Part shown: piece after piece, positions 22,869 through 35,289 of the stretch | Layout: each line of letters opens with the position of its first letter | Position numbering within the stretch: position 1 is the first letter of the stretch | Origin: Mytilus californianus | Taxonomy: Eukaryota | Direction of reading: 5' to 3' | Length of the DNA: 64,000 nucleotides | Assembly (NCBI RefSeq): GCF_021869535.1 | Contig: NW_026262593.1 | Span: 14,694,001 to 14,758,000 of the forward strand | Notes under the pieces: model-generated | The model's input: the letters and a program-made list of their open reading frames with translations, nothing else | Databases searched by the model: none | Told to the model about the DNA's origin: nothing | Made by a program: the position numbers and the translations under genes

Positions 22869-25800
22869 TTACATAAAAATTCTGTAAAGGCAAATGAAAA
22901 CAGAAATATTTTCAAATACTTCCAACACTACCCTTTGCGGTTCGCCGAATATAGACAGAAGTAACATATAATTTTATAGCATTTTCAATGGGAAATAGTA
23001 CAGGGGTAGATAAAGTTTTTGTTTGTTTGTGTTATTGCATTTTTTAATGGGAGAGGGGTGGTTGGCTCAATGCCTCTTTTAGTAGCATATTTGTGTTTAT
23101 ATTGCAATATTCAATTTTTTTACTGCTGTCCCTTAGTTTTCTTAGCTCTATTTTTAAAACTCCATGGTTCAACACTTTAATGTATATCAATTATGTTATT
23201 ATTGAATGTTAAAACAAAGATGTAACGAAATCGAAATGAAATTTAAAAGATTATGAGTCCCCAGTTATCGGTTCTAAATACCATTTCATAGAGGATCCAG
23301 TGATTTCTTATCATATCTTAATACTGCAAGGTTATGGTAAAATGTTTTCAGACCAGAACATTAGCATTTTATTGCATAGGTTTAAATTTGATCAACATAG
23401 TAGTATTTTTGTTTTGACTTATTGGAAATATATATAACATTTTTCTTCACTAAATTACAGTTAAAAACGAGGAAAAGAATGCCTTCTTTCTTTTTCAATT
23501 TTTCATTTAAAAAATCGGACCATTTGTTAAAAAAAAAACCAGCGTTAAATGTTGCTCTCTTAAAACCCCGGACAATGTAAAACACTGAATTATTATACGT
23601 GAAATACAAGGAAAATGTAGGTCGTTTGTGCTCAAAACATGTATAGTATTCAGAATAAGATAAACAGTCACGAATAAAACTATTATCCATGCAAAATGTC
23701 AGTAAATCGGTTTGATCGTATGTAATATCAATCGAAAAAAAAAATTCTACACTAAAAAAAAATATGGACCGATTTACTTGTAAAAAATGAGATCCCAGCC
23801 GGACACTATACCTACTGTGATGATAGGCATAGCATTTAAATTTAAATCAATTATCCTTTTACAATTGTAAAAATATGGGTCACATACAATTTTCGATTAA
23901 CCTCTAATGAATAAAATGAACTTTCGGATAACCAGTAATGCGACAACAACCCAGCGTAACATATAATAAAATGACATCTCGAGTTAGAAAACCGTCTTTA
24001 AAAAAAAGAGTAAGTGTCTACCCAATATGACAAGTATTAACTATCGTTCCGTGTCCAGCATAGTTGTAAATTTGGTTGAACGTATACTATCAAGGATTTG
24101 TCATAAATTAATTACTACATTTCTTAAATGATAAACAACATTCGTAAATTGCAGAAGACAACGACAAACAAGTTACCAGTCCTGATTTTGAACAGCCACG
24201 TGTTTATCTTGCTCGTATATCTCAATCCTCCCCTTTTACACCTCCCTCTGTTAAATGAAAAAGAAATATGACACACAAATGCGTGAACGCACGAAATTGG
24301 TATCACGTTTGTTGATATCAAAACAGGCCAGGACTTGTTTACACAAACAACAATAAACGGAAACGCTCGAGACCAAAGTTTCAATAGCTCAAAATATCAA
24401 TCGATTCGAGGCGATGTATACTTAATTAGAGCTCGCATCTAAAGTCGTCAATGGTCAATTTACCTTAGGTATTTGCATACCTAGTTGTAATGCAATTAAA
24501 AGATTTACTGTTTCAATTTAAAAGATTTACAACTTTGAATATGCATAATTTCCACCGCATTAGCTTCTGGTCGAATGCTTCGTATATAAATCTTTCGTAT
24601 TGTACACAAATTGAGAGCACATTAGTTATACCGATAGCATCACATTCTAAAATGGACAAACATTTAGTCACAATGGCAAGAATGGACGAGGCAGAAACAT
24701 ATGAAAGATATAGGGTACATACGAAGGACGGGTTGAGAGCTCAAAATAATGAAACTTCTCTCCATATGTTTAAGTGTCTGTCAAACGTCTAATCCATATA
24801 GACATAAAACTGTAAACGACATATATGTCTATAAAGCAAACGTGTGGGTATCAACTCAAATTCGCCTTCTTGAATTGAAAAGAGCCAATAACAAACTTTA
24901 ACATCGGAGGAATTCAGCTAAAAGTACAGAAAACATCTGACATGAACGCCGAATTTTGAGGGGGAAAAAGAACAAAAGATTATTGCTTATACAGATGAGT
25001 TCTAGGGAGAAACAGTATTGACACTCATTGTACAACGAAAATGTTCGTCAAAGTTTTCTTGGCTTCAATGAAAGGGAATGATTAGTTATGATCCAGTATA
25101 TATGTTACCTCAATCAATTGCATGCAGCCAGTGACGCAGATCTAGACCTGGTATTGGTCTTGTTTATTAAGCACCTACATGAGGACAATTTAAATAAACA
25201 TGCCATATTGAAAAATATGCTCAGTTAATGCCGTCAGGGGGGGGGGGTGTCTAAATTTAGCTCCATAGATTTTTTTAATAATTTGTCAAAATGTAGTTTA
25301 TATCATGCTTTTTTCAAAAATATAATAAAAAGTATGGGTCACTGAGCTTTTTTTTACGCTACAGGTTGTGCAAATTTGTCAGATGTTGTATAGATTATGC
25401 ATGGAAAACCCAATTTTGTGTGATAAAAAGAAACTACACCATAGAATTTTAAGATAAAATATGAGAAGATAGCTCTAATAATATTCTTTCAGATAAGATA
25501 AAGAAAAAATGGGGTCACCGGACTCGTTTTCTTGCTACATAATTATATAGGTAAATTCACAACACATTCTATTATAAAAGTTACTTTATCTGAGTTATCT
25601 CCCCTTATGTGGCAAATTTGTAAAAAATGAATCAAACAAAAATATTCTGATTTTTGTAAAATACAGCCGTGAATATGATAAAACACAAGGTCGTTAAAAA
25701 TACACATAAGAACGCTGCCTTAAGTTCAGTATGCTTGAATGTTTTGTCCCGGAAATCTGCCACTGTATTTTAAAATACATTTCATTCACTAACCATATAT

Positions 25801-26008
25801 AAGCAGTATGGTAAACCAATAGCATTGAAAGGTTATAAAAGTTTGTGAGCTAAGCTTGTCTTAGTACAGAAAATAAAAAAAAAAAAGTTAAAACAGTAAT
25901 GTTAATGATTTTTTTTTGAGTTAATCAATATACTTTCCTAGAGGAAGAAATTTCGAACACAAAAACCAGTCAAATACCATCTTCACATATTGCGGACAAT
26001 CTTTAAAT

Positions 26009-26781
26009 AGTATTATGACATTAATTAATTGGTTTTATTGAATAACTTACCGGTGTTTATCATTTTTCGAGTATGTGTGTGTATTTGTGTGTGTGTGTTT
26101 GTGTGTATCGATTCAAGGTTTTGTCCATATAAATATGAGCAAGGAATTATCCAATATGATCCTCTTTTTGTGTGATTGTATTCCTATTTTTTTTTTAAGT
26201 TTCTGCTTCTCGGTACAACACTAGTAATGATAACAACAATAATTTATACAATATTTAATGTCCCCGTCGATTCAGACAGACATGGGTCGGGGAGCCATCC
26301 ACATGTTGTCTTTACAATATATATAAAGAATAAAATTATCTATAACTATTTTATACATCGAGATAAAGAAATAGAGAGTCGCATATCACTCAACAGTATC
26401 TCTAACCTCACGAAAGGGCCAACAGTATGCTATCTTTCGTGCAGGGGTGTAAACTGTCGAGACTTGAAGTTAGTCTTTCCGGGATAGTTAACTCTCTCAA
26501 ATATCAGATAAATCGCGAGCTTTAATCCAAGAGTTGAATTTCTTTAGCTATTGTAACCATTTCACATAATATTGCGTGTTGGGTCCTTTGCCTTTCGAAT
26601 TCGTTTTGAGGATGTTTTCAACTTTCCACACATCGTCTTCCCGAACATCTACTTTCTGCACTTCTGATTGGTAGAAGGTTCCTGAAATTTCGTCGTCTTG
26701 AAAGTCAATAAGTCGATAAACTGGAAGCCCACCACGTAATATTCTTTGAGATATTCTAAATATCTCTCCGCTCCATTTCTC
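26009..26781 (-). repeat. Left inverted arm of the Polinton, including an inverted copy of the integrase 3' end (26497-26781)
   Basis: Reverse complement of 30000-30780 with roughly 20 substitutions and ~6 indels by eye. Minus frame EKWSGEIFRIS...VWKVENILK...YVKWLQ*LKKFNSWIKARDLSDI*. ORFs 26176-26487 and 30442-30630 are the same non-coding arm read twice. Confidence 0.9.
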
Positions 26782-26919
26782 TGAATATCAATCAGATCGT
26801 TATTCATATCAGTATCAAGACTGGGAACCCATACGGTCGGTAGACTGAGGAGTCATTTTCCCGACCCGTGGACGAGTACCAGTGGCGATAGACTCCTTTG
26901 ATATGAATAATAACTGGTT

Positions 26920-27526
26920 GTCTTTATCTTAACAGACCCATCTACGTGGGATTAACTATACTCGATTTGTCAAAGACACTTATGTACGATTTTCAATTTA
27001 CATTGTAATTATTTGAAGGATAAATATGGGCCTAGAGTAACACCCTTGTTCACGGACACAGACTCACAATGCTACAACATCAACACTGATGATATATATC
27101 AAGATATGATGGAGGACAAAAACTTGTTTGATACGTCAGAATATGACCCTGAACATCAGCTTTATAGCACATTCAATAAAACGGGTTAGGAAAGATGAAG
27201 GACGAAACACATGGTATTCCCATACAGGAATTCGTTGGTCTGAAGTCAAAGATGTACTCGTTAATATATGAGGAGAATAAAACACTCTGCGAAAAGAAGA
27301 CAGCCAAGGGTATAAAGAAGAGTGTGATCAAACAAGACACGAACATTATAAACAATGTTTACTCAATAAAGAGATCCACAGGTCTACCATGACACAGATC
27401 CGTTCATACGATCACAAGTTGTATAATATATCCATCAACAAACTGGGCTTATCCCCTTATGATGACAAAAGATACTTACTAGATGATGGGATACAAATTT
27501 TGGCCTATGGACATTGGAGAATATAA
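26920..27526 (+). pseudogene. Protein-primed family B DNA polymerase, C-terminal fragment, frameshifted
   Basis: LYLNRPIYVGLTILDLSKTLMYDF, LFTDTDS, GKMKDE, EFVGLKSKMYS, KTAKGIKK, LSPYDDKRYLLDDG, LAYGHWRI*. At least three frame breaks. Confidence 0.9.
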
Positions 27527-27601
27527 TAAGGATGTATGTAAATATTTTAATCACTCTATGTTTAACATTTGAAGGAAGAGGACGTGTTTAAAGAGCTCTC
27601 T

Positions 27602-29116
27602 ATGATGAATACAACATGTTCAGAATGTGGTATAGAATTTTCGAGAAAAGATGCTATGTTGATACATTATAGGAAAAAACACAAAATCAATCAACCATAT
27701 CCACCGAGCAGTCATGCGTATCCACCACCACCACCGCCACCACCACCACCACCACCACCGCCGCCACATGTGGTACTACATCATCCATTCACTATGATGT
27801 TGGCTGGACCTACTGGTTCAGGTAAGACGTTTTGGATGAAAACATTATTGGAGCGAGCACGGACTATGATAAAACCTTCACCTGATAGGATTATATGGTG
27901 TTATAAACGGTGGCAGCCATTATTTAGTGAAATAAAGCAGACCATTAAAAACATTTTGTTTATTCAAGGTTTACCTGAAAATTTGAATGATGACTCATTC
28001 ATTGACTCTAGATATCCAAGTTTAATCATCCTAGACGATTTAATGAGAGACACCACCAATAGCAAGGATGTTTGTGAATTCTTTGTGGAGGGCAGCCATC
28101 ACAGGAACCTAAATGTAGCTTGTAATATGCAAAATGCGTTCCCGAGGGGAAAGGAGAGTCAAACCATGAGCATCAATAGCCAGTATATAGTCCTATTCAA
28201 AAACCCACGTGATCAAGTTGGGCCATCCATATTTGCTAGACAGATGTATCCTAATTACCCAAAGAAATTCATGAATAAGTACAAAGAGGGGACACAACGA
28301 CCATATGGGAGTCTATTCATTGATTTAAAACAGAATACACCGGAAGACGACAGACTAAAACTTAATATATTCGAAAACAAGAACATGATTGGTGGAGGTG
28401 TTTCAGAAGAGTATATTAGCAGAAAAGAACTAGAACCACCTCAGTTTGAAGAAACATTTCAAAGTGAGCAGACGTATTTACCAGACGAGAGAGAAATCAT
28501 GCCTTCATGTGATGATTGCGGTGTAGTCTTTGAAAGCGTTCCTGATTTAGCTAGACACATGAATAAGTGGTGTCCGGAAAATAATGATTTAAAAAGAAAA
28601 AGGGGAAACGAGGATGACGACATTCCCTTAAAGAAGTCTCGTGTAGACGAAATTTATATAGAAGATGGAGAAGATATGGCTTTTATAAAATTAGCTGAAC
28701 TTGCCAGAGAGGCAAATGAAGATATTTGGGAAGAAAAAGTTGATAAATACATGGATGGTGATATGAATGAAGACCACGCAATAAGTAAGGCCGATCACAA
28801 ACTAAAAGATGAGGATATGGATCAGTTTTTGTCGAGATATAGCAGTTTGGGTGAGTATGTACTACAGTTACAAAATGGTAAATTGCATGGCAAAATCATG
28901 AAAATGATTACAGAATTAGTTAACGATGGCAAGGACTACGATAAAGCCATTAAAGTAGCCATCAGGAAATATAAACCTTTGTTGGAAAGCTATCTAGATG
29001 AAGCTATTGATAACGAAACAATCGATGATGGTTCTGAAAGTGAAGATAGCATTGATGATGATGAAGAGGAAGAGGAGGATGAGGAGGATGTAGACGATGA
29101 AAGCTCAACTATATAA
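27602..29116 (+). CDS. C2H2 zinc finger + poly-Pro + A32/FtsK-like packaging ATPase + second Zn finger + acidic tail (open ORF, 504 aa from ATG)
   Basis: Walker A GPTGSGKT, Walker B LIILDD, GSHHRN, VLFKNPRD. Zn fingers CSECGIEFSRKDAMLIHYRKKH and CDDCGVVFESVPDLARHMNKWC. The first ATG is at 27602 (the track starts at an upstream TTG). Confidence 0.85.
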   Translation: MMNTTCSECGIEFSRKDAMLIHYRKKHKINQPYPPSSHAYPPPPPPPPPPPPPPPHVVLHHPFTMMLAGPTGSGKTFWMKTLLERARTMIKPSPDRIIWCYKRWQPLFSEIKQTIKNILFIQGLPENLNDDSFIDSRYPSLIILDDLMRDTTNSKDVCEFFVEGSHHRNLNVACNMQNAFPRGKESQTMSINSQYIVLFKNPRDQVGPSIFARQMYPNYPKKFMNKYKEGTQRPYGSLFIDLKQNTPEDDRLKLNIFENKNMIGGGVSEEYISRKELEPPQFEETFQSEQTYLPDEREIMPSCDDCGVVFESVPDLARHMNKWCPENNDLKRKRGNEDDDIPLKKSRVDEIYIEDGEDMAFIKLAELAREANEDIWEEKVDKYMDGDMNEDHAISKADHKLKDEDMDQFLSRYSSLGEYVLQLQNGKLHGKIMKMITELVNDGKDYDKAIKVAIRKYKPLLESYLDEAIDNETIDDGSESEDSIDDDEEEEEDEEDVDDESSTI

Positions 29117-29172
29117 ATATGAGAACGTTTTACTCTGTATGTCATTCTATAATCATCATTCCATATGTAAAG

Positions 29173-30306
29173 ATGGCCTTTTGGGAAAAGTACTTGAGAA
29201 ATATTTATTACAATCCAGCTAACCCAGCGAGTTTTGCAGTCCTGATAAACTTTACAGATTTGTTCGAACAGATGGAAAGTTCGTTCTCAGTAAATATAGA
29301 ATACGAAAATGGCTACAACGACAGGAACCATACAGTTTACAAAGACCCTTAAAAAGGTCGTTTAAGCGGAACAGAGTTATCGTTATTGGGATAGACGACC
29401 AATGGGATGTTGATTTAATGGACATGTCTAAATTTTCTAAATTTAACAGTGGATTTAATTTCATATTGGTGGTGATTGACATATTCTCCAAATATGTATG
29501 GCTAAGACCTCTAAAGAATAATAAAGGTGAATCCGTGGCAAATGCTTTGAAACATGTTTTATCACAAGGAAGATCACCAAACAGAATAAGAACAGACAAA
29601 GGACAAGAATTCAGATAAAGATTAGTAGAATCTCTCCTAAAACAGAGAAATATTCAACATTTTCTTGCACAAAATACGGAAATCAAAGCTAATTACGTTG
29701 AAAGAGTTATCAAGACTATCAAATAAAAAATCTTGAGATTTATCACCAGTAAGCAGTCATATGACTATGTGGATAACTTACAGAATTTTGCTAACAGCTA
29801 CAACAAGACCTTCCATAGAACGATTGGCATGGCACCAGATAAAGTCACCCTATCTAAAGAGACAAACCTGTGATGGAAAATGTATTGGCCAAAAAGATTA
29901 CAACCTAAGACAGAGAAAGTACGAAAACCTTTCCGTTTCAAAATCGGTGATAAAGTTCGGATAACATACATAAAAAATCCTCTTACCAGGAAATACGATG
30001 AGAAATGGAGCGGAGAGATATTTAGAATATCTCAAAGAATATTACGTGGTGGGCTTCCAGTTTATCGACTTATTGACTTTCAAGACGAAGAAATTTCAGG
30101 AACCTTTTACCAATCAGAAGTGCAGATAGTTATCAAAGGTACCAGGATTATAAGTAAGTGGATGTTCGCGAAGACGATGTGTGGAAAGTTGAAAACATCC
30201 TCAAAACGAAAGGCAAAGGACCCAACATGCAATATTATGTGAATGGTTACACTGGCCAAAGAAATTCTACTCTTGGATTAAAGCTCGCGATTTATCTGAT
30301 ATTTGA
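29173..30306 (+). pseudogene. Polinton retroviral-like (rve) integrase with C-terminal chromodomain, disabled
   Basis: IYYNPANPASF, DQWDVDLMDM, VIDIFSKY, RTDKGQEF, YVER and the chromodomain VKWLHWPKKFYSWI. Frameshift ~29239, stops at 29616, 29724 and 29871, a 29-nt insertion at 30125-30153 and a 1-nt deletion ~30242. Confidence 0.9.
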
Positions 30307-33300
30307 GAGAGTTAACTATCCCGGAAAGACTAACTTCAAGTCTCGACAGTTTACACCCCTGCACGAAAGATAGCATACTGTTGGCCCTTTCGTGAGGTTA
30401 GAGATACTGTTGAGTGATATGCGACTCTCTATTTTTTTATCTCAATGTATAAAATAGTTATAGATAATTTTATTCTTTATATATATTGTAAAGACAACAT
30501 GTGGATGGCTCCCCGACCCATGTCTGTCTGAATCGATGGGGACATTAAATATTGTATAAATTATTGTTGTTATCATTACTAGTGTGGTACCGAGAAGCAG
30601 AAACTTAAAAAAAAATAGGAATACAATCACACAAAAAGAGGATCATATTGGATAATTCCTTGCTCGTATTTATATGGACAAAACCTTGAATCGATACACA
30701 CAAATACACACACATACTCTAAAAATGATAAACACCGGTACATTATATAATAAAACCAATTAATTAATGTCATAATAACTTAAAATGACGTCATAGAAAT
30801 AAGCCTCACATCGGGAGGCTACCTCTCAGGAGGCTACCTTTTCCCCATAGGGTTAACATTAGCAAAAAGTCGCCAGAACCGCCACTTCCCCCACTACTAT
30901 TTAAAGTCGAAAGCTAAACTTCAGAAAGCGTCAAATAATCAAAACAATATAGGAGATTTTACCAAAATATAGTACGTCAACATCAGAAGAAAAGCTCTCT
31001 TTTTCCTATTAGTATAAATATTTGATGCTTTAAAAATAAGTATCAGAATTCGCCAAACAAAACTAAAGTTTTGAGATAAGATGAAATGACAATATTTCAA
31101 TTAACTGAACTGAATGTGACTGGTATATTGTATGACATAGTTTGTGCATTAAAAAGACACATATACAAGTACAATTAAGTGGATTCATGACCTTTGAAAT
31201 CGTTACAGTTTGTGCTCTATGACATAACGTAATATACTTATTTTTCTGTTTTTTTTATCATTACAATATATAATTGAAATAATATCATGTCAGGTTAACA
31301 CTGTAACATTGTCGGTTAAATGTTTCCTATTTTGTATAATTACAATTATTTCAAAATATACTGTTTAATAGCTTACACAATTATGTCTGTTTGGTGAATT
31401 TCATTCTCACAAGAGTGAAATGTACTGCTTTTAGTTTTTTGCCTTTAACCTTTTCCCGCTTCCATAGCTTTGTTACTAATGCCGCTATCACTGCGTCGTC
31501 GTCGAACAGCTGTTGTTCGAATACCCTTTGATACTTTGGTGTAGGCAAGATTTAAAACATCCTCATTTCTCTTTTTTTCTGTTCATAACCTATGCATTCT
31601 GCCAAAGAAAGGTTCATGATGTTCTGGTTAGTCTTTCTGGTGTGATATATTTGGCTTAAGAAACTTTGGTCTCAAATGCACCTGAAAAAGTGTTTTTTTT
31701 TTTTTACAGTTTCACGTGTCATCCTACTAGTAACTAATAAACATATAGAACGTTTACATTTTCCCTTTTTTTTCTAGATGCAAAATCATCCTGGTTAATC
31801 AAATATATATAAATGAGATTCTTGTTACCGTGAACTCCTTCCTACAGCACACCATGCAAACTAGAGTCAGGAGCCTGTAATTCAGTGGTTGTCGTTTGTT
31901 TCTGTGTATCATATTTGTTTTTCGTTCATTATTTTGTACATAAATGAGGCCGTTAGTTTACTCGTTTGAATTGTTTTACATTTGTCATTTCGGGGCCTTT
32001 TATAGCTGACTATGCGGTATGGGTTTTCCTCATTGTTGAAGGTCGTACGGTGACCTATAGTTGTTAATTTCTGTGTCATTTGGTCTCTTGTGGAGAGTTG
32101 TCTCTTTGGCAATTATACCACATCTTGTTATTTTTATAGATGTTGTTTGCCATGTTAAACCCCCCGTTACATTTTTGATTTTTTTTAAAAACTCAAATTT
32201 AGAAATGCACTTGTCTATTTTCGATCGGCATCAAAGTAATACCATTTGTTAATGATTGAAAATATAAAAATAAGGCGATGTGTTATGATTGCCAATGAGG
32301 CAACTGTCCGACAAAGACCACATTACGCAGATGTAAGGTACGGCTTTTGACATGAAGCATAGCAAGCTATAAAAGGCCAACATGATAAATGTTTAAAATT
32401 CAAACGAGTAACTAACAAGAAACTAACGGCCTGAATTATGTACAAAATAACAAACGAAATTCTAAAACGATAAACAGTATGTATGGTTTTAATTGGTTCA
32501 TTTGGTACTTATAAAAAAAGCAGATGATAATAAAAAACAGACAGACAGCCTTTAAGTCCCAAAATATTTCCCCCTTGATATAAGAATAAGGAGACATGGC
32601 ATGGTTGCCAATGAGACAACTATTTACCAGAGTTCAAAGAACGAAGACATAAGCAATTAAAGGTCAATGTACGATCTTCAAGAATGAGAAAAACCCAAAT
32701 TGCATAAAAAAACGCCCCGACATAAAAAAAATGTGAAACTATTCAAACGAAAAAACTAACGAACCTAATACATAACAATACAATTTACTAAATAAAAAAA
32801 AACAAATTTGACAGACATGAATCTACAACCACCACTAAATAACAGGCTCCAGACTTACGGACAGGCACATAAAGATTGTCGCGGGATTAAAATTATTTAT
32901 GAGCGCTCAATTCTCCACTAAACTGGGACAGTAGTGTAACAGCATAACATAAAAACAAACTAAAAACATTCCTTTCCAGTCGGTCTGAACAACTTTCTAA
33001 TTCGACATGAAAGTGAAACAAACACAGGGAAAGTTTGTCATACCACTTTATTCTGAAACTTATCTACGTCAATCTCAAAACACATATGTTTCCGTTATTA
33101 CAATGTCAAATTAAAATGCGAGTGTGACAGTCCTACGAGGTCATCGAACTTCCTAAATGGTCGTTACAAATTTCAACATTTTTGCTTTTTTATTTTGGAT
33201 TGAACCAATAAAATTTCCGTTAGTGACCACTGAGAAATTCTTGTTCATTTGAATGCCCTTAAATCATTTAAAGAAGTCGCAATTGCAATAGCGCTAATTC

Positions 33301-35237
33301 TTGTATTAATGTTTGTAGGCCTTTTCCAGTAGATTGAAATATAATGTATAAAAATAAGGAGATGTGGTATGAATGCCAATGAGACAACTATTCACAAATT
33401 AGTGGATATAAGCAATGATAGGTCACCGTATGGCCTTCAACAATGAGTAAACCCATTATCGTATAGCTGGCTATAAATTAAAAGACCACGACACGAAAAA
33501 ATGTGAAACAATTCACACGAGAAAGCAAACGGCCTAATTTAAAACAATTTACGAAAAACAAATATGACAGACATGATCCAACGAATACCAATTACAGGCT
33601 TCTGACTTGGGTCAGGCACATAAATAATGTGGCCAGGTTAAATATGCTTATGAGCGTTCAATCCTCCCACTAATATGGGACAGTGGTGTAACAGTACAAC
33701 CTAAAAATAACTGTAAAAATCAAAAGATCCATACGACGAACAAAAACAACTAACATAAAAAAAATAGACACAAAGCAACGATGAACGAATTATCGCAGTC
33801 ACTGAAATTAGTTCAAAGCCATTTACAACTCATAAATAAATCAAGTTCTCCAAGACTTTTAAAGTATCAATCAGTACACATCCAACGAATTTAGTTTTAA
33901 AACGTCACAAACAACATAAGAAACGAATGACCTTCTGCAAAGCGAAACTATAAGTAAACAGTATCGACAGGGTGTAGGATCATGAGTTCCCATAACTGTA
34001 TATACATATATATATATATATATAGATATATATATATATATACTTAGTTATGTTTAAATTATTAAAAACTCAATGTAAGTACCGATAAAAACAATATTTA
34101 AAGATCTTTCTACTGTTTTAAATCGATAACCTTTAAGAATAAGATTATTCAAAAGATCAATGAGTTTACATGGATCGTATCTAAATTTACGGGCTCTATA
34201 AGCAATATCATCGTATTTGATATTTCGTTTTTGATAAGAATTCTACAGACACAGCCAAACTATATGTGTCAATGAAAGAGATAACGAATGATACCGACTA
34301 AAATGTTACCATGTTAACATAATATGCTTTTTTGGTGTGGTGTCTTAATAATAATCAATCAATGATATTTTGTTTGCTGACAAATCACTATATTTAGGTG
34401 TGAAGCAAATAGAAGACCTTCTACATATTTAAGACATGCGCAAATCGCGGTCATGTGGATTTGATTAGTAAAGTTTATTTTCCAAATTTCCAAAGTCAAG
34501 TGCATTATAGTAATTACTAATGTTGCAAGAAGTAGGTGAACTACTTTTCTATTGCCTTATTCCGTTTTCATGCATCAAATTTTGTAAGTCTTAGACGTGT
34601 TTTCTTTCCGTTTAAGGTAGGTATGATGCGTTGTTGTTTGAAATTTTAGGTACGTTAATTCATTGTTTTGCATTTTTGTTTGGATATGTTGTTGGGTATT
34701 GTCTACACAGACATCTTGCTTACCCTTGAATTGAATCCAAATCGGGGCTAGGACACGGCATTGTTTTGTCATAAATCATGCCGTTTGATTATCTTTCGTT
34801 TCACATTTTTGCGATGTCGAGGCCTTTTATAGTTGACTATACGGTATAAGGGTTGTTCATTGTTGAAGGCCGTACGATAATCTATCGTTTCTTTCATGGA
34901 CGTCCTATGTATCTGATGGATAGCTTCATCATTGTGGCTCATACCGCATCTTATTTTTATATTATTTCAAGTTTGACAACTGTTAGCCGTTAAATGAAGG
35001 CCGTACTGTGTACTATAAACATCAACTCACAATAGATACAAGAGAAAAAAATAAAACTGTTTCGGTAGTTTACAAGTTATTACTAGTGAATGAACTATTT
35101 GTTGTTTTGAGAGATTGTTCGTATAGTTAAATAAAATTACCCGAACTATAAACTAAATAATTTGAAATAATTTGAAATATCCGTTTTAATGTTGACCAAT
35201 AGAAGTTAGAGAATTTATAACTACATTTTATTTTTAG

Positions 35238-35245
35238 TATAAAAA
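35238..35245 (+). promoter_or_regulatory. TATA box of EPDR copy A (equivalent at 43579-43586 for copy B)
   Basis: TATAAAAA exactly 52 nt upstream of the ATG in both paralogues. Confidence 0.5.
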
Positions 35246-35289
35246 CGGTTATCGTATTTGGTCTAACTACAGTATACTCTACAGTTATT

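Larger units (their letters stand above)
26009..30780 (+). mobile_element. Internally deleted Polinton/Maverick (adintovirus-like) element
   Basis: Termini 5'-AGTATTATGAC...GTCATAATAACT-3' (AG...CT). Flanks are TTAAAT/TAAAAT (5/6 match to a 6-bp TSD). Inverted arms at 26009-26781 and 30000-30780. Carries pPolB, packaging ATPase and integrase remnants. No capsid or protease genes were seen. Confidence 0.9.

Noticed and set aside
24490-25130. 100-aa ORF and adjacent higher-GC sequence
   Set aside because: No recognisable motif in any frame, no splice partners, and multiple stops.
26176-26487. Hydrophobic ORF with a twin at 30442-30630
   Set aside because: Both are the non-coding part of the Polinton arms. 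Their starts differ and they resemble no known protein.
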